IMG/VR virus record: IMGVR_UViG_2872355237_000003
Source of the DNA: a virus
Lineage: Duplodnaviria > Caudoviricetes
Length of the DNA stretch: 64,000 nucleotides
Direction: 5' to 3' (one strand)
Shown here: positions 1-10,952 of the stretch, piece after piece
How positions within the stretch are numbered: position 1 is the stretch's first letter
Layout: every line of letters begins with the position of its first letter
The notes under the pieces: generated by a model
What the model was told of the DNA's origin: nothing
Database searches by the model: none
The model's input: only the letters and a program-made list of their open reading frames with translations
Position numbers and translations under genes: made by a program

Positions 1-1
1 T

Positions 2-970
2 TGTACATATGATATAGCGGATGGCATAGATGAACTTATAGACGAGTTAGATCAAGGTTTAGCAGTAGGATTACCTTTATATAATTCAGATATACTAAAT
101 AAGGAAATAGGTGGTAATCTCGTAGGTAATATAACTTTATGTGGAGGATTATCAGGAGTTGGTAAAACAACATTTTCAAGAAATGTACTATTACCCTCTA
201 TCATAGAACATGATGAAAAATTAGTTATTATGATTAATGAAGAAGGTAAGAAAAAGTGGCAAAGAGAGTTGTTAATATGGGTTGCTAACAATGTTTACAA
301 AACAGATGTTCAAAAGTATAAATTAAGAAATGGTAAATACTCATCTGAATTCAAAACTTTTCTAAAAGAGAAGTGTGCCAAATGGATAAAGGATCATAGA
401 AAAAATATACTATTAAAACCATTTAGTAAATATACAACTAGCAAAGCTATTAAATGTATTAAAAAATATGCACATATGGGTGTTAGATATTTCATGCTTG
501 ATACATTTAAAGCCGATGCAAACGGAAATATAAGCGATACTATGTGGTTAGGTATGCAACAGGCTATGGTAAATATATATGACACTATAAAAGAAGAATC
601 ATTAAATGTACATATATGGATTACATTTCAGCTATCTAAAAGCAGTTCAAAACAAAGATATTATACTATGGATAATATAGGTATGGCTAAAAATATGATA
701 GACGTTGCTTCAACTTGCTTAATGATTAGAAATTTATTTGATGATGAATATGATGGAGAAAAACATAAATTAAATGTATATAAATTAGCGGGTAAAAATG
801 GTAAAACTAAAATTCCTGTTAAGCTAGATAAAAGTAAACATTATCAGATTATATTTATAATCAAAAATAGGGAAGGTAGCTCAAATGACTATCAAATAGT
901 AGTAGAACATGATTTATCACGAAATACATATAATGAAGTAGGTATAACAGTAGTTCCTACAGATTGGTAG
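2..970 (+). CDS. dnaB: DnaB-like replicative helicase, 5' end outside window
   Basis: The frame of ORF 230..970 is open back to base 2 and encodes Walker A GLSGVGKT and a Walker B-like YFMLD. The C-terminus has QL and IIKNREG motifs typical of SF4 helicases. A primase gene follows. Confidence 0.8.
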   Translation, partial: CTYDIADGIDELIDELDQGLAVGLPLYNSDILNKEIGGNLVGNITLCGGLSGVGKTTFSRNVLLPSIIEHDEKLVIMINEEGKKKWQRELLIWVANNVYKTDVQKYKLRNGKYSSEFKTFLKEKCAKWIKDHRKNILLKPFSKYTTSKAIKCIKKYAHMGVRYFMLDTFKADANGNISDTMWLGMQQAMVNIYDTIKEESLNVHIWITFQLSKSSSKQRYYTMDNIGMAKNMIDVASTCLMIRNLFDDEYDGEKHKLNVYKLAGKNGKTKIPVKLDKSKHYQIIFIIKNREGSSNDYQIVVEHDLSRNTYNEVGITVVPTDW

Positions 971-982
971 GTGAGTATATGA

Positions 983-2008
983 ATGTTGGCATACGAATTA
1001 AAGAAACACATAATCGAAAAGGATGAAACCATTAATGTTTTAGAATCTATTGGGTGTCATGGAATTAAAATATATCCCAAAGAATATAGATGCGGTTTAC
1101 CGGAACATAGAAATACTACTTCAGTAGCTATAAAAAAAGATACTTTAAAAGTAAAAATATTTAGAAATGAAAAAGTTATAAGAGGAGATATTTTTACTTT
1201 AGTTATGGAGATAAAAAAATATGAATTTCCACAAGCAGTGAAATATTTACATGAAATATTAGGACTAAAATATACTTTTAATATTAAAGATATTGAAAAA
1301 GAACAAAAGAACGATATTTTGGATGTATTCAAAAAAGCAATACAAAAGAAACATTTAAATAATGATGTAGATGAATTAAAAATTTATAATGAAGATATTT
1401 GCAGAGAAATAATTCAAATACCATACATAGGGTGGATCAGAGAGGGGATAATGCCTTTTACTCAAGAAAGATTTAATATTGGCTATAGTAGAGAAAAAAA
1501 TAGAATAGCAATACCTCATCGTTTTTGGTGCGGTAGAGAAAATGAGTATGTGGGAGTTATGGGAAGAACCTTAGTAAAAAACTATGATTTATTGGATATT
1601 CCAAAATACTTTCCGTTAAAAGCGTTTCCTAAAAGTATGAATTTGTATGGATTACAAGAAAATTATAAATATATACAAAAGGCAAATAAGATAATTGTAT
1701 TTGAGGCAGAAAAGTCGGTGTTAAAAGCACATTCTTTCTTATGTAGATTAGGCGTTGCATTAGGAGGGCATGAATTATGTCCTGAACAAATTAGAATATT
1801 ACTAGGCTTAGATGTCGAGATTATATTTGCTATGGACAACGATATGAATGAACAGTTATCTATAGATATGTGTAATAAAGTTCGATCATTTAGAAGAACC
1901 AGTTATATATATGATAAATGGGGTTTATTAGGTGAAAAAGATAGCCCTGTTGATAAAGGGATGAAAGTATTTAAAGCTTTATATAATAATAGAATTAAAA
2001 TAGTATAG
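983..2008 (+). CDS. phage DNA primase (DnaG-like, TOPRIM)
   Basis: TOPRIM-like VFEAEKS and AMDND motifs; N-terminal GDIFTLVM..FPQAVKYL segment; located directly after the helicase. Confidence 0.75.
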   Translation: MLAYELKKHIIEKDETINVLESIGCHGIKIYPKEYRCGLPEHRNTTSVAIKKDTLKVKIFRNEKVIRGDIFTLVMEIKKYEFPQAVKYLHEILGLKYTFNIKDIEKEQKNDILDVFKKAIQKKHLNNDVDELKIYNEDICREIIQIPYIGWIREGIMPFTQERFNIGYSREKNRIAIPHRFWCGRENEYVGVMGRTLVKNYDLLDIPKYFPLKAFPKSMNLYGLQENYKYIQKANKIIVFEAEKSVLKAHSFLCRLGVALGGHELCPEQIRILLGLDVEIIFAMDNDMNEQLSIDMCNKVRSFRRTSYIYDKWGLLGEKDSPVDKGMKVFKALYNNRIKIV

Positions 2009-2018
2009 GGGGAGTTAC

Positions 2019-3173
2019 ATGAGAAAGACTAAAGAACAATTAAATCAAATAAAAGAAAAGTATAGAGTCGATGAATTATGGTCATGGTCAAAATATCATT
2101 CGTACAAAACTGATCCGTATGGGTGGTATTTAAAATACCTTAAGCATGAAAAAGAAACAAAGCAAAGTATTTATGGTGTTGAAGGAGGGGCTTGCCATGA
2201 TATTATAGAGCAATTTTATTTAGGTAAGATTAAATACGAACAAATGATTGAAGAATATGAGAATAAGCTATTTGAAATTAATTTATCAGGATTAAAATAT
2301 AATCGTAAAGATGAAAAGGCAAATGAAAAAATAGCTAATAAATATGAAGAATGTGTAAGACTATTTTATCAAGAACATACACCTATAAAACAAAAAGCAA
2401 TAACAGAACAGTTTATACTAATTAAAGTAGGAGAACATATATTTCAAGGATATATAGATTTTATACATAAAGACGAAGATAATAATTATATAATTACGGA
2501 TTGGAAAACATCAACCATATATCAAGGAAAAAGAATTGATAAAGAAAAAGGACAATTGGTATTGTATGCAGAGGGATTAATTCAAAAAGGGGTTCCGATA
2601 GATAAAATTAAAATTAGATGGGATTTTCTCAAATATTCCAAACTTACATATACTTTAGCAGGAATTGATAAGAAAACAAAACAACATAAAATATCTACCA
2701 AAAATGTATTAAGAAATGAATGGGTTAAATCCATAGAAAATAATTTGAAAATGTGGCTAAAAAAATCAAAACAATATGATGAATTAGAAATAGAAGATAT
2801 GGTGGCTACAGCAATTGAAAATAATAATTTAGATGATATACCTGAAGATATACAACAAAAATATAAACGAGAGGATTGCTATGTGTATATACCTTTAACA
2901 AAAGATTCAATAGATGAATTAAAAGAGGATATAATAAATACTATTGATGAAATTCAATTAAATAAAAAAGCTTATGATTCTACGGAAGATGATAGAATAT
3001 GGTGGACAAATATAGATAAGTCTAACGAATTTTATTTTGCTAATTTATGTGGATATAGCGCAAAACAGCATAAACCATATAGAGAGTATTTAGACGACTT
3101 AAATTTGTTTGTTAAGAATAGAGAAAATAACGAAGAAGAAACGGATGATAGTTGGTTAAATGAATTAGATTAA
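2019..3173 (+). CDS. PD-(D/E)XK (RecB/Cas4-like) exonuclease
   Basis: SWS..Y..DP N-terminal motif, GYIDFI, ITDWKTS and QLVLYA motifs. Confidence 0.8.
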   Translation: MRKTKEQLNQIKEKYRVDELWSWSKYHSYKTDPYGWYLKYLKHEKETKQSIYGVEGGACHDIIEQFYLGKIKYEQMIEEYENKLFEINLSGLKYNRKDEKANEKIANKYEECVRLFYQEHTPIKQKAITEQFILIKVGEHIFQGYIDFIHKDEDNNYIITDWKTSTIYQGKRIDKEKGQLVLYAEGLIQKGVPIDKIKIRWDFLKYSKLTYTLAGIDKKTKQHKISTKNVLRNEWVKSIENNLKMWLKKSKQYDELEIEDMVATAIENNNLDDIPEDIQQKYKREDCYVYIPLTKDSIDELKEDIINTIDEIQLNKKAYDSTEDDRIWWTNIDKSNEFYFANLCGYSAKQHKPYREYLDDLNLFVKNRENNEEETDDSWLNELD

Positions 3174-3208
3174 ATATAAAAGATAAAATTAAAATAGGGA
3201 GGGGTTAA

Positions 3209-6200
3209 ATGAAATTTCAGATACCAATGGATATTAAAAATACTATAAAGACGTATTTACCATATCATATACATACAGAGTTGTCTCTTTTAGATAGTTG
3301 TACAAACTACAAAGAATATATAGATTTATGTGTGAAGTATAATATTCCCGCTATTGCGTTTTCAGAACATGGTAATATAATGAATTGGTTTGAAAAGAAA
3401 CAGTATTGTGATAAGAAGGGAATTAAGTTTATTTTTGCTTGTGAGGTGTATTTAACTGAAAATTTAGAAGAAAAGAAAAGAGATAATTACCATACTGTAT
3501 TAATAGCAAAAAATAATAAAGGAGCAGAAGAGTTAAAAGAATTAATATCATTATCCAATAATCCTAGTCATTTTTATTATTCTCCAAGATTGACATTTGA
3601 TGAATTTTTAAGTATATCTGATAATATAATTTCTACCTCAGCGTGTTTGGCGTCTCCTTTAAATCGTTTAAATATAAACAATCAATATTATTTAAAATTG
3701 GCAAATAAATACACATATTTTGAAATACAACCTCATGATTATCAAGCACAAAGAGACTATAATACGCATTTATGTAAATTGGCTAAAAAATTAAATAAAC
3801 CTTTAATATTAGGGACAGATACACACTCATCTACAAAATATAAAGCTGAATGTAGAACTATACTTAAAACGGCAAAAAGAATGGTGTATGATGATGAGGA
3901 TTCATTTGATTTAACTTTTCAAACTATAGATAGTTTATTAGAAAAGTATAATCAGCAACGCGGAAAAGATAATTTAATTCCTTTTGAAGATTATATACAG
4001 GCTATAATAAATACTAATGAGTTAAATAATCAAATCAAATCGGTGTCTTTTGACATGTCTTTTAAATATCCCAACTTATATCCTGATGAAGAAAAGTATT
4101 TTAAAACAAAAATATTAACAATGTATAATGAAAAAGTTCAAAATGGTGTAATTAATGGAAAAAATAAAAAATATAAAGAGTCAATCAAGGAAGAATGTAA
4201 AGTATTCAAGAAATTAGGTATGTTTAGTTTTATGTTATTTATGAGTGAATTAGTAATATGGTGTCATGAAAATGATATACCAACAGGATTTTGTAGAGGA
4301 AGTGTTGGAGGAAGTACAATAGCATATATTTTAGATATTATAGATGTAGACCCTGTTAAGTGGGGAACTATATTCTCACGTTTTGCAAACGAAGACAGAG
4401 TGAGTTTAGGGGATATTGATTTGGATTTCCCACCTAAAGATAGAGATAAAGTATATAAATATATAATTGATAGATTTGGTGAAGAGTATACGTGTTATAT
4501 ACTAACTACAGGCACAATAGCGGATAAAGGTACTATAGATGAAATTGCTAGAGCTTTAACTATTAGTAAAAATATAGATAATAGTGTAAAACAAAAATAT
4601 AGTATAAACAATACTAAAATAATTAAACAGACTTTTGATGAAATACAACAAGAGTATACAAAAATATATAACGCATTAACTAATAAGGATAAAAAATCAT
4701 TAGATTTTTTACAACATGAAAAATATTTATCCGAATTGAAAGAATTAGATATAGAACAGAAACATATAGATACTTTTGTTAATTCGTATAGTAGGTTTAT
4801 ACAACTTGAACAAGATTACACAGAGTTATTTTATTATTTCAAAGGTTTAAAAGGTACTGTTATTAATAAAGGAATTCATCCTGCAGGTATTGTAGCATCA
4901 CCAGTGTTATTAAAAAATAATATTGGACTAATGTATAATGAAGGAAAATGGGTGTCACAAATAAATATGGATGAATTACATGATTTAAATTATGTTAAAT
5001 ATGATATATTAGGATTAAAAAATATAGGAATAATTAAAGATACATATAAATTAATTAATTCACACTACTTAAAATCGCATGAAATTAACTGGAATGATCA
5101 AGAAGTATGGAATAACATAATAAATTCTCCTGTAGGAATATTTCAATTTGAAGGTAAATACGCTTTTGAATTATTGAAGAATTACATATCAAGAAAAATA
5201 TCTGAAAGCGAACCATTAAAAATTAATGATTTATCACTTGTTAACGCTTCATTAAGACCATCAGGTAAAAGTTATAGAGATAGATTAATTGCAGGTGAGT
5301 ACAACCATAATCCTTCAAAAGAAATAGATGAATTATTAAAAGATAATAATGGATTTTTAGTATTTCAAGAGGATACTTTAAAATTCTTAATGGATATTTG
5401 TGGTTTCACAGGTAGTCATGCTGACAATGTAAGACGTGCCATAGGGAGTAAAAAAGAGAAGGAATTAGAAGAAGAATTACCTAAAATTTTAAAAGGTTAT
5501 TGTGAATTTTCTAATAAGCCTACAGAACAGGCGGAACAAGAAGCAAAACAATTTATACAAATATTATCAGATAGTGCAAATTATCAATTTGGATATAATC
5601 ACTCAACAGGATACTCAATGATAGGTTATAATTGCGGAATGTTAAGACGTTATTATCCTTTAGAATTTGCTACAGCGTACTTAAATAACGCAGATAATGA
5701 AGCTGATATTGTGGCGGGGACAGAGTTAATTAAACAATTAAATATCACAATATTACCACCTAAATTTAGATATTCTAAATCAGAATATATGTGTGATAAA
5801 GAACAAAATTCTATATATAAAGGCTTGTCTTCAATCAAATATATATCTAAGCAAGTTGCAGATGAGTTATTCCAATTAAAAAATGAAAAGTATAATGATT
5901 TTATAGAAGTATTATATGATTTAAATACGAAAACATCTATCAATTCAAGACAACTAGATATATTAATTAAATTGAATTATTTCTCTGAATTTGGCAAATC
6001 TAAAAAGCTATTAAAAATAACAGAGTTAGCAGACAATCTTTTAAATAAGAAACAGATTAAAAAAGAAAAACTAAATGAGTTAAGCTTAACTGAAGATGTA
6101 GTAAGAAAATATGCACAGAAAGAAACAGAGAAATTATTCAAAGATATTGATATGAATAGTTTAATAAAAGAAATTATGCAAGGAATTAAGAATCAAAGTG

Positions 6201-6544
6201 TGTCAATTAAGGATCAGTTACAAGCAGAAATAGAGTATTTAGGATATCCTAAGACTATAATACCAAAAGCAAGTGATAACTTCTTTTATGTTACAGAATT
6301 AAAAATATTTAAAAATAAAAGAAGTATTACATATTACCCTGTATTATATAGTGTTAAAAACGGAAACATTATCCAAAAGAAATTAAAAGATTTTAGACTA
6401 TTTGCAGAAAACCCATTTAAGGAGGGGTGTATAGTTCAAGTTATTCAAGAAAGTAAAGAACCTAAAAGGAAAATGGTAAACGGACATTGGACAAAATCAG
6501 AAACGGAATTTAATGAGATTATAGAAGCTTGGGAGGTGTATTAA
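3209..6544 (+). CDS. dnaE: DNA polymerase III alpha subunit (family C)
   Basis: PHP domain (HIHTELSLLDS, SEHG, GTDTH), RGSVGGS, catalytic DIDLDF, HPAG, KYDILGL, FQFE and Y.F..HS..Y motifs. Confidence 0.95.
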   Translation: MKFQIPMDIKNTIKTYLPYHIHTELSLLDSCTNYKEYIDLCVKYNIPAIAFSEHGNIMNWFEKKQYCDKKGIKFIFACEVYLTENLEEKKRDNYHTVLIAKNNKGAEELKELISLSNNPSHFYYSPRLTFDEFLSISDNIISTSACLASPLNRLNINNQYYLKLANKYTYFEIQPHDYQAQRDYNTHLCKLAKKLNKPLILGTDTHSSTKYKAECRTILKTAKRMVYDDEDSFDLTFQTIDSLLEKYNQQRGKDNLIPFEDYIQAIINTNELNNQIKSVSFDMSFKYPNLYPDEEKYFKTKILTMYNEKVQNGVINGKNKKYKESIKEECKVFKKLGMFSFMLFMSELVIWCHENDIPTGFCRGSVGGSTIAYILDIIDVDPVKWGTIFSRFANEDRVSLGDIDLDFPPKDRDKVYKYIIDRFGEEYTCYILTTGTIADKGTIDEIARALTISKNIDNSVKQKYSINNTKIIKQTFDEIQQEYTKIYNALTNKDKKSLDFLQHEKYLSELKELDIEQKHIDTFVNSYSRFIQLEQDYTELFYYFKGLKGTVINKGIHPAGIVASPVLLKNNIGLMYNEGKWVSQINMDELHDLNYVKYDILGLKNIGIIKDTYKLINSHYLKSHEINWNDQEVWNNIINSPVGIFQFEGKYAFELLKNYISRKISESEPLKINDLSLVNASLRPSGKSYRDRLIAGEYNHNPSKEIDELLKDNNGFLVFQEDTLKFLMDICGFTGSHADNVRRAIGSKKEKELEEELPKILKGYCEFSNKPTEQAEQEAKQFIQILSDSANYQFGYNHSTGYSMIGYNCGMLRRYYPLEFATAYLNNADNEADIVAGTELIKQLNITILPPKFRYSKSEYMCDKEQNSIYKGLSSIKYISKQVADELFQLKNEKYNDFIEVLYDLNTKTSINSRQLDILIKLNYFSEFGKSKKLLKITELADNLLNKKQIKKEKLNELSLTEDVVRKYAQKETEKLFKDIDMNSLIKEIMQGIKNQSVSIKDQLQAEIEYLGYPKTIIPKASDNFFYVTELKIFKNKRSITYYPVLYSVKNGNIIQKKLKDFRLFAENPFKEGCIVQVIQESKEPKRKMVNGHWTKSETEFNEIIEAWEVY

Positions 6545-8787
6545 TGGCAGAAGTTATTGAAAAGTTTAGAGGGAAAATAGAAAGATGTTTATACTCAAAA
6601 GATGATTATAAAATTTATAAAATACAGATCAACAAAAATAAATATTCTAATATTAAAGTTAATGACAATAATGAGTATATTATATCAGGAGATGTACATA
6701 ATTTAGTTCCTAATGTTGAATATGAAATTATAGGTCAGGAAATACATAATAAATACGGTTATCAATATAAGATTTTAAATGTTCACAGGGATAAGCCTAC
6801 AGATGTAGAAAGTTCACGTAAATTTTTAAAAGAAGTTATAACGGAAAAACAAGCAGAAACATTATTGTCTGTATATCCTGATATAGTTGATAAGGTAATA
6901 CAAAATGATTTAGGTGATATAGATTTAAACTTGACATCTGGAATTAAAGAAAAGACATTTGATAAAATTAAAAACTCTATAATTAATAATTTTTGTCTAA
7001 TAGATTTAGTCGATAAATTCGACGGAAACATTTCTTTTTCTATAGTAAAGAAATTATATGATAAATATACATCTTCTGAAATTACATTACAAAAAATGAG
7101 ACAAGATCCTTATTCTTGTCTCTGTTCTTTAGGAAGGGTAGGTTTTAAAATTGCCGATAAGACACTTTTATTAATACAACAACAATCAAAAATCAAGAAG
7201 CAAAAAGGAGAATATGTTAAATTCAACTTTGATTATGATTTAATTACATCAAAACAAAGAATGAAAGCTTGTATAACGTATATACTCGAAGAAAACGAAC
7301 ATAACGGTAATACAAGAATAGATATAAAAGAAGTAAGAAAACAATGTAATAAATTAACTCCTCAATGTATTAATTATTTTGTAGATGTTATAAAGGAAAG
7401 TAAAGAAATACATATAGATAAAGCTAGTAAAACTTTATCTATGACTAAAGCATATCAATCTGAAAAATATATAGCAGAAACTATATTGAGTATGATCAAT
7501 AATGATAAAATGGTTTGGAATATAAATACTGAATTATATAGAGAAGATAAAGGAATAGAATTAACGGATGAACAAATAGGAGCGTTAGATTATTTATGTA
7601 AGTATAATGTAAGTATATTAACAGCTCCAGCAGGTAGCGGTAAGTCGCAGAGTGTTAAAATGATGGTAAATATGCTTGAAGATAATAACAAAAGTTATTT
7701 ATTAATGACTCCAACAGGTAAGGCAGGAGATGTATTAAGCGAATATACTAATAGAAATGCAGGTACTATTCATAGGCAATTAAAATATAATCCTCAAAAT
7801 GAAAATCCTTGGTTTTATAATGAAAAAAATAAATTAGACGTTGATACAGTTATTGTTGATGAATTTGGAATGGTAGATATTTATTTAATGAATCATTTAT
7901 TAGATGCTATTGATATACACAAAACAAAATTGGTATTAGTTTTTGACAGTTATCAATTAAGTAGTGTTGGCTGTGGTAATGTGGCACATGATTTATTAAT
8001 GAGCAAAGTAGTCCCTACTACAATTTTGACTAAGATATTTAGATACAATGAAGGTGGGTTAATGCAAATAGCCACCAAAATAAGAAATAGCGAAAAGTTC
8101 CTACCTTCTAATTTTAAAGGAGTTAAGATTTTTGGTAGTGAAAAGGATTATATTTACATAGAAAAGTCACAAACAAAAATGATAGATGAGATTATAAAAA
8201 TATATTCTAAACTGTTAAAAGATGGATATAAATTTGAAGATGTAATGGTGTTATCAGCGTATAATAAAGGTGACTACGGAACAAGGGAGATTAATAAAAA
8301 TATTCAAAAATTAGTACAAAATAACACAGAAAATAAATACTTACAAAGAGGAAATACTAAGTTTTATAAGGGAGATAAAGTAATTCAAATAACGAATAAT
8401 TATCAAGCTATGACAATTGAAGGCGAAGAAGTAGAAATATACAATGGCAATACAGGAGTTGTAATAGAAGTTAATTTTAATGAGATGGTAGTACAGTTCA
8501 AACATCATAATATCATTTACGCAAAAGACGACCTAGAACAACTAGAATTAGGTTATTGTGTATCTACACATAAATCGCAAGGAGATAATGCTAAAAATAT
8601 TATATTAATAACTCCAAGATCTCATACATATATGCTAAATTCTAATTTATTATATGTAGGAGTAACTCGTGGTAAGAAAAGAGTTTATCATATAGGAAAT
8701 ATAGCAACTATCAATATGATTATTAAAAAGAAAGAGAATTGGGAAAGAAATACCTTTCTTAAAGATTTGTTAATAAAGATAAATTAA
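6544..8787 (+). CDS. recD2: RecD2-like SF1B helicase
   Basis: Walker A APAGSGKS, PTGKA, TIHR, VDE, Q..SVG.G, HKSQG and LLYVGVTR motifs. Start placed at ATG 6544 after GGAGGT, overlapping the dnaE stop. Confidence 0.9.
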   Translation: MAEVIEKFRGKIERCLYSKDDYKIYKIQINKNKYSNIKVNDNNEYIISGDVHNLVPNVEYEIIGQEIHNKYGYQYKILNVHRDKPTDVESSRKFLKEVITEKQAETLLSVYPDIVDKVIQNDLGDIDLNLTSGIKEKTFDKIKNSIINNFCLIDLVDKFDGNISFSIVKKLYDKYTSSEITLQKMRQDPYSCLCSLGRVGFKIADKTLLLIQQQSKIKKQKGEYVKFNFDYDLITSKQRMKACITYILEENEHNGNTRIDIKEVRKQCNKLTPQCINYFVDVIKESKEIHIDKASKTLSMTKAYQSEKYIAETILSMINNDKMVWNINTELYREDKGIELTDEQIGALDYLCKYNVSILTAPAGSGKSQSVKMMVNMLEDNNKSYLLMTPTGKAGDVLSEYTNRNAGTIHRQLKYNPQNENPWFYNEKNKLDVDTVIVDEFGMVDIYLMNHLLDAIDIHKTKLVLVFDSYQLSSVGCGNVAHDLLMSKVVPTTILTKIFRYNEGGLMQIATKIRNSEKFLPSNFKGVKIFGSEKDYIYIEKSQTKMIDEIIKIYSKLLKDGYKFEDVMVLSAYNKGDYGTREINKNIQKLVQNNTENKYLQRGNTKFYKGDKVIQITNNYQAMTIEGEEVEIYNGNTGVVIEVNFNEMVVQFKHHNIIYAKDDLEQLELGYCVSTHKSQGDNAKNIILITPRSHTYMLNSNLLYVGVTRGKKRVYHIGNIATINMIIKKKENWERNTFLKDLLIKIN

Positions 8788-8805
8788 AATATATCAAATA
8801 AAGTA

Positions 8806-8834
8806 TTGACAATCAAATATGAATATACTATAAT
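8806..8834 (+). promoter_or_regulatory. sigma-A consensus promoter
   Basis: TTGACA (8806-8811), 17-bp spacer, TATAAT (8829-8834): perfect consensus. Confidence 0.8.
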
Positions 8835-8886
8835 AATACTTGTAAGGTAAATACATACAAAACCTTATGAGTATTATTATTTATTT
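8830..8886 (+). terminator. long hairpin / likely terminator of the replication operon
   Basis: ATAATAATACTTGTAAGG...CCTTATGAGTATTATTAT forms an 18-bp stem with two G-U pairs, followed by TTATTT. Confidence 0.55.
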
Positions 8887-8973
8887 GGGAGGAAAATGAA
8901 AAATAATAAAAACAAACTTACACATACTCTCAAATACTCTGTTTTACTCGTGTTTTCAAGCTAAAAGATGACC

Positions 8974-8991
8974 ATAAAATCAATGTTTTAT
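8974..8991. repeat. palindromic motif ATAAAA-N6-TTTTAT (copy 1)
   Basis: ATAAAA tcaatg TTTTAT, intergenic. Confidence 0.6.
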
Positions 8992-9030
8992 TGTTAAATA
9001 AAAATAAATTAAAATATTCTAAAATATAAC

Positions 9031-9059
9031 TTGACAATGTTGGTAAATGATGATAAACT
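9031..9059 (+). promoter_or_regulatory. sigma-A promoter for the HNH gene
   Basis: TTGACA-17 bp-TAAACT, about 50 bp upstream of the RBS GGAGGTG. Confidence 0.6.
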
Positions 9060-9111
9060 AGTAAACGTAGTAAGGAAGCGAATCAATCATTTAAAAAATG
9101 GAGGTGAGTAT

Positions 9112-9885
9112 ATGGCTAGAATGAATAAAACGGTATTGAATCATGTGAAGCAATTATTTCAAGAAGAATTTTATATTGAGCAAGATGGGGTCTTATATAA
9201 AAGGAGAATAAGTAAAATATTTAGAACAACTATAGAAGATAAAAAATATCAAATTGTGTCAAGAAAATTGATTCACTTTTTAAATAATAAGATTGATAGA
9301 AGTTTAATAAATTGGTCTGACGATATGATAGAAAATGTGATTGAAAAATTCAACAATAAATTTTTTATTGTGTACAATGATTCAATTTATGAGAAAATGA
9401 ACAGCCATCATCAACGAGGATATATAAATTTTTGGATTACAATCGATGGTGTAGAGTATAGAACTTTTGCACATAGGATAATATACTATTTACATTATAA
9501 TGTATGGGATGATAAGAAGGTTATTAATCATAAGGATGGTAAGAAATCAAACAATAACATAGATAATTTAGAATTAATCAGTCAATTTGATAATGTTTTA
9601 TACTCATTAAGAAATCACGAGATAATATTTTTACCTTGTTATATAGACCAACGAACTAAAGAAAAGTATAGATTAAGTGAAAAACAATGGGAAATTTTTA
9701 AAAAAGAAGCCTATGAAGGATATAGAACCCATATATTTAGAAAATACGACAAAGAGGATAATGAGTATAAAATTTGCAAAAAATTTAAATCACTAAATGA
9801 ATATATATCAAATACAAAAGAGCATATTACAAGAGGAAATCAAAAGGGGATATTAAATATGTGTGATGTACTCTATTATAAATGA
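9112..9885 (+). CDS. HNH endonuclease domain protein
   Basis: AHRII...VINHKDGKKSNNNIDNLELIS..DN (HNH_3 pattern). Start placed at ATG 9112 after GGAGGTG. Confidence 0.8.
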   Translation: MARMNKTVLNHVKQLFQEEFYIEQDGVLYKRRISKIFRTTIEDKKYQIVSRKLIHFLNNKIDRSLINWSDDMIENVIEKFNNKFFIVYNDSIYEKMNSHHQRGYINFWITIDGVEYRTFAHRIIYYLHYNVWDDKKVINHKDGKKSNNNIDNLELISQFDNVLYSLRNHEIIFLPCYIDQRTKEKYRLSEKQWEIFKKEAYEGYRTHIFRKYDKEDNEYKICKKFKSLNEYISNTKEHITRGNQKGILNMCDVLYYK

Positions 9886-10080
9886 TAAGATTTAACTAGA
9901 ATGAAAATAAGGAAAGTATATCACTTGTAGCAATTTTATATTGGTAGAAGTAAGTTATGGAGTATAGTAAGGGAGCATGTGAGAAGTGTATATATATTGT
10001 CACAAATGTGGCTGTGGCAGATATAAAGAAGATGAATCGCAAGTTGATTAATACAAACAAATTAAATTATAACCAATAAG

Positions 10081-10098
10081 TTAAAAGGTTAGTTTTAT
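10081..10098. repeat. palindromic motif ATAAAA-N6-TTTTAT (1-mismatch copy)
   Basis: TTAAAA ggttag TTTTAT, intergenic. Confidence 0.45.
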
Positions 10099-10118
10099 AG
10101 AGATAGGGAGGAATAAAA

Positions 10119-10484
10119 ATGAAATTAAATATTACTATGAAGGATGGTTCAATTTTAAATGATGTTCGTGTTTTTTACATGCCAACATTAGAAGATTCTC
10201 TAATGACAACCAGAAAACAATTTACAACCGCCATGAAAAGCAATAAAACTATATTCTTTAGCGGAAAATATATACAAAGAGGGTTTATACCTAAACAGGT
10301 TAAATCTTATGAGTTTTTAGAACATGAAAAATCTATAGATGAATTAACTCCACTTGATGAAGAATCAGAAGATATAGCTGGTAATATTATTGATGGTATT
10401 TGTACAGCTCTAAATAGTGATATATTAAAAAGTTATGTAGACAAATTGCATGATATTGTTAATATAATTGATAAATATAGATAG
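10119..10484 (+). CDS. hypothetical protein
   Basis: 121-aa ORF with RBS GGGAGG. Confidence 0.7.
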   Translation: MKLNITMKDGSILNDVRVFYMPTLEDSLMTTRKQFTTAMKSNKTIFFSGKYIQRGFIPKQVKSYEFLEHEKSIDELTPLDEESEDIAGNIIDGICTALNSDILKSYVDKLHDIVNIIDKYR

Positions 10485-10501
10485 AGAGGGGTGATTAATA
10501 T

Positions 10502-10618
10502 ATGACTAACGAAGACAAGCTAATGGCACAAAATATTATTGAAACGTGCCCTTTTGAACATTTATCAGTGTATAGCAACTTCGTGTTATTATTAGAAGTA
10601 GAGTTAAATTTAAAATAG
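10502..10618 (+). CDS. small hypothetical protein (38 aa)
   Basis: RBS GAGGGGTG, ATG, MTNEDKLMAQ...; fills the gap between neighbouring genes. Confidence 0.45.
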   Translation: MTNEDKLMAQNIIETCPFEHLSVYSNFVLLLEVELNLK

Positions 10619-10631
10619 GGAGAGGATTTAT

Positions 10632-10925
10632 ATGAGTAAATTAGATGACAAAGAGAAACAGGAATGTGGACATGTAAAAGATATAATAGATTGTATACAA
10701 GAAAGAGTTAATACTATAGTTCATAAATGTTATTTTGATGATAATTGTTATCCTGTCTTTAAAGTATCAATATTATGGGAAAATAAAGAAAATCAGAAAA
10801 TAATTTTAAATTGTACCCATCTAGGTAGGACATTCTCAAGGATTTTGTTTCCGAATAATGAATGTTTTTGGGAATATGAAAACTTAGGAGATGTAATTGA
10901 AGATTTATACAATCAGACAATGTAG
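10632..10925 (+). CDS. hypothetical protein
   Basis: 97-aa ORF with RBS GAGG. Confidence 0.7.
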   Translation: MSKLDDKEKQECGHVKDIIDCIQERVNTIVHKCYFDDNCYPVFKVSILWENKENQKIILNCTHLGRTFSRILFPNNECFWEYENLGDVIEDLYNQTM

Positions 10926-10952
10926 TTGATTGTAGTAGGGCGGGATAAATAT

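Noticed and set aside
9859-10050. Possible degraded small Cys-rich gene after the HNH gene (RBS + MCDVLYYK; YCHKCGCGRY in another frame)
   Set aside because: Too fragmentary to call without homologs.
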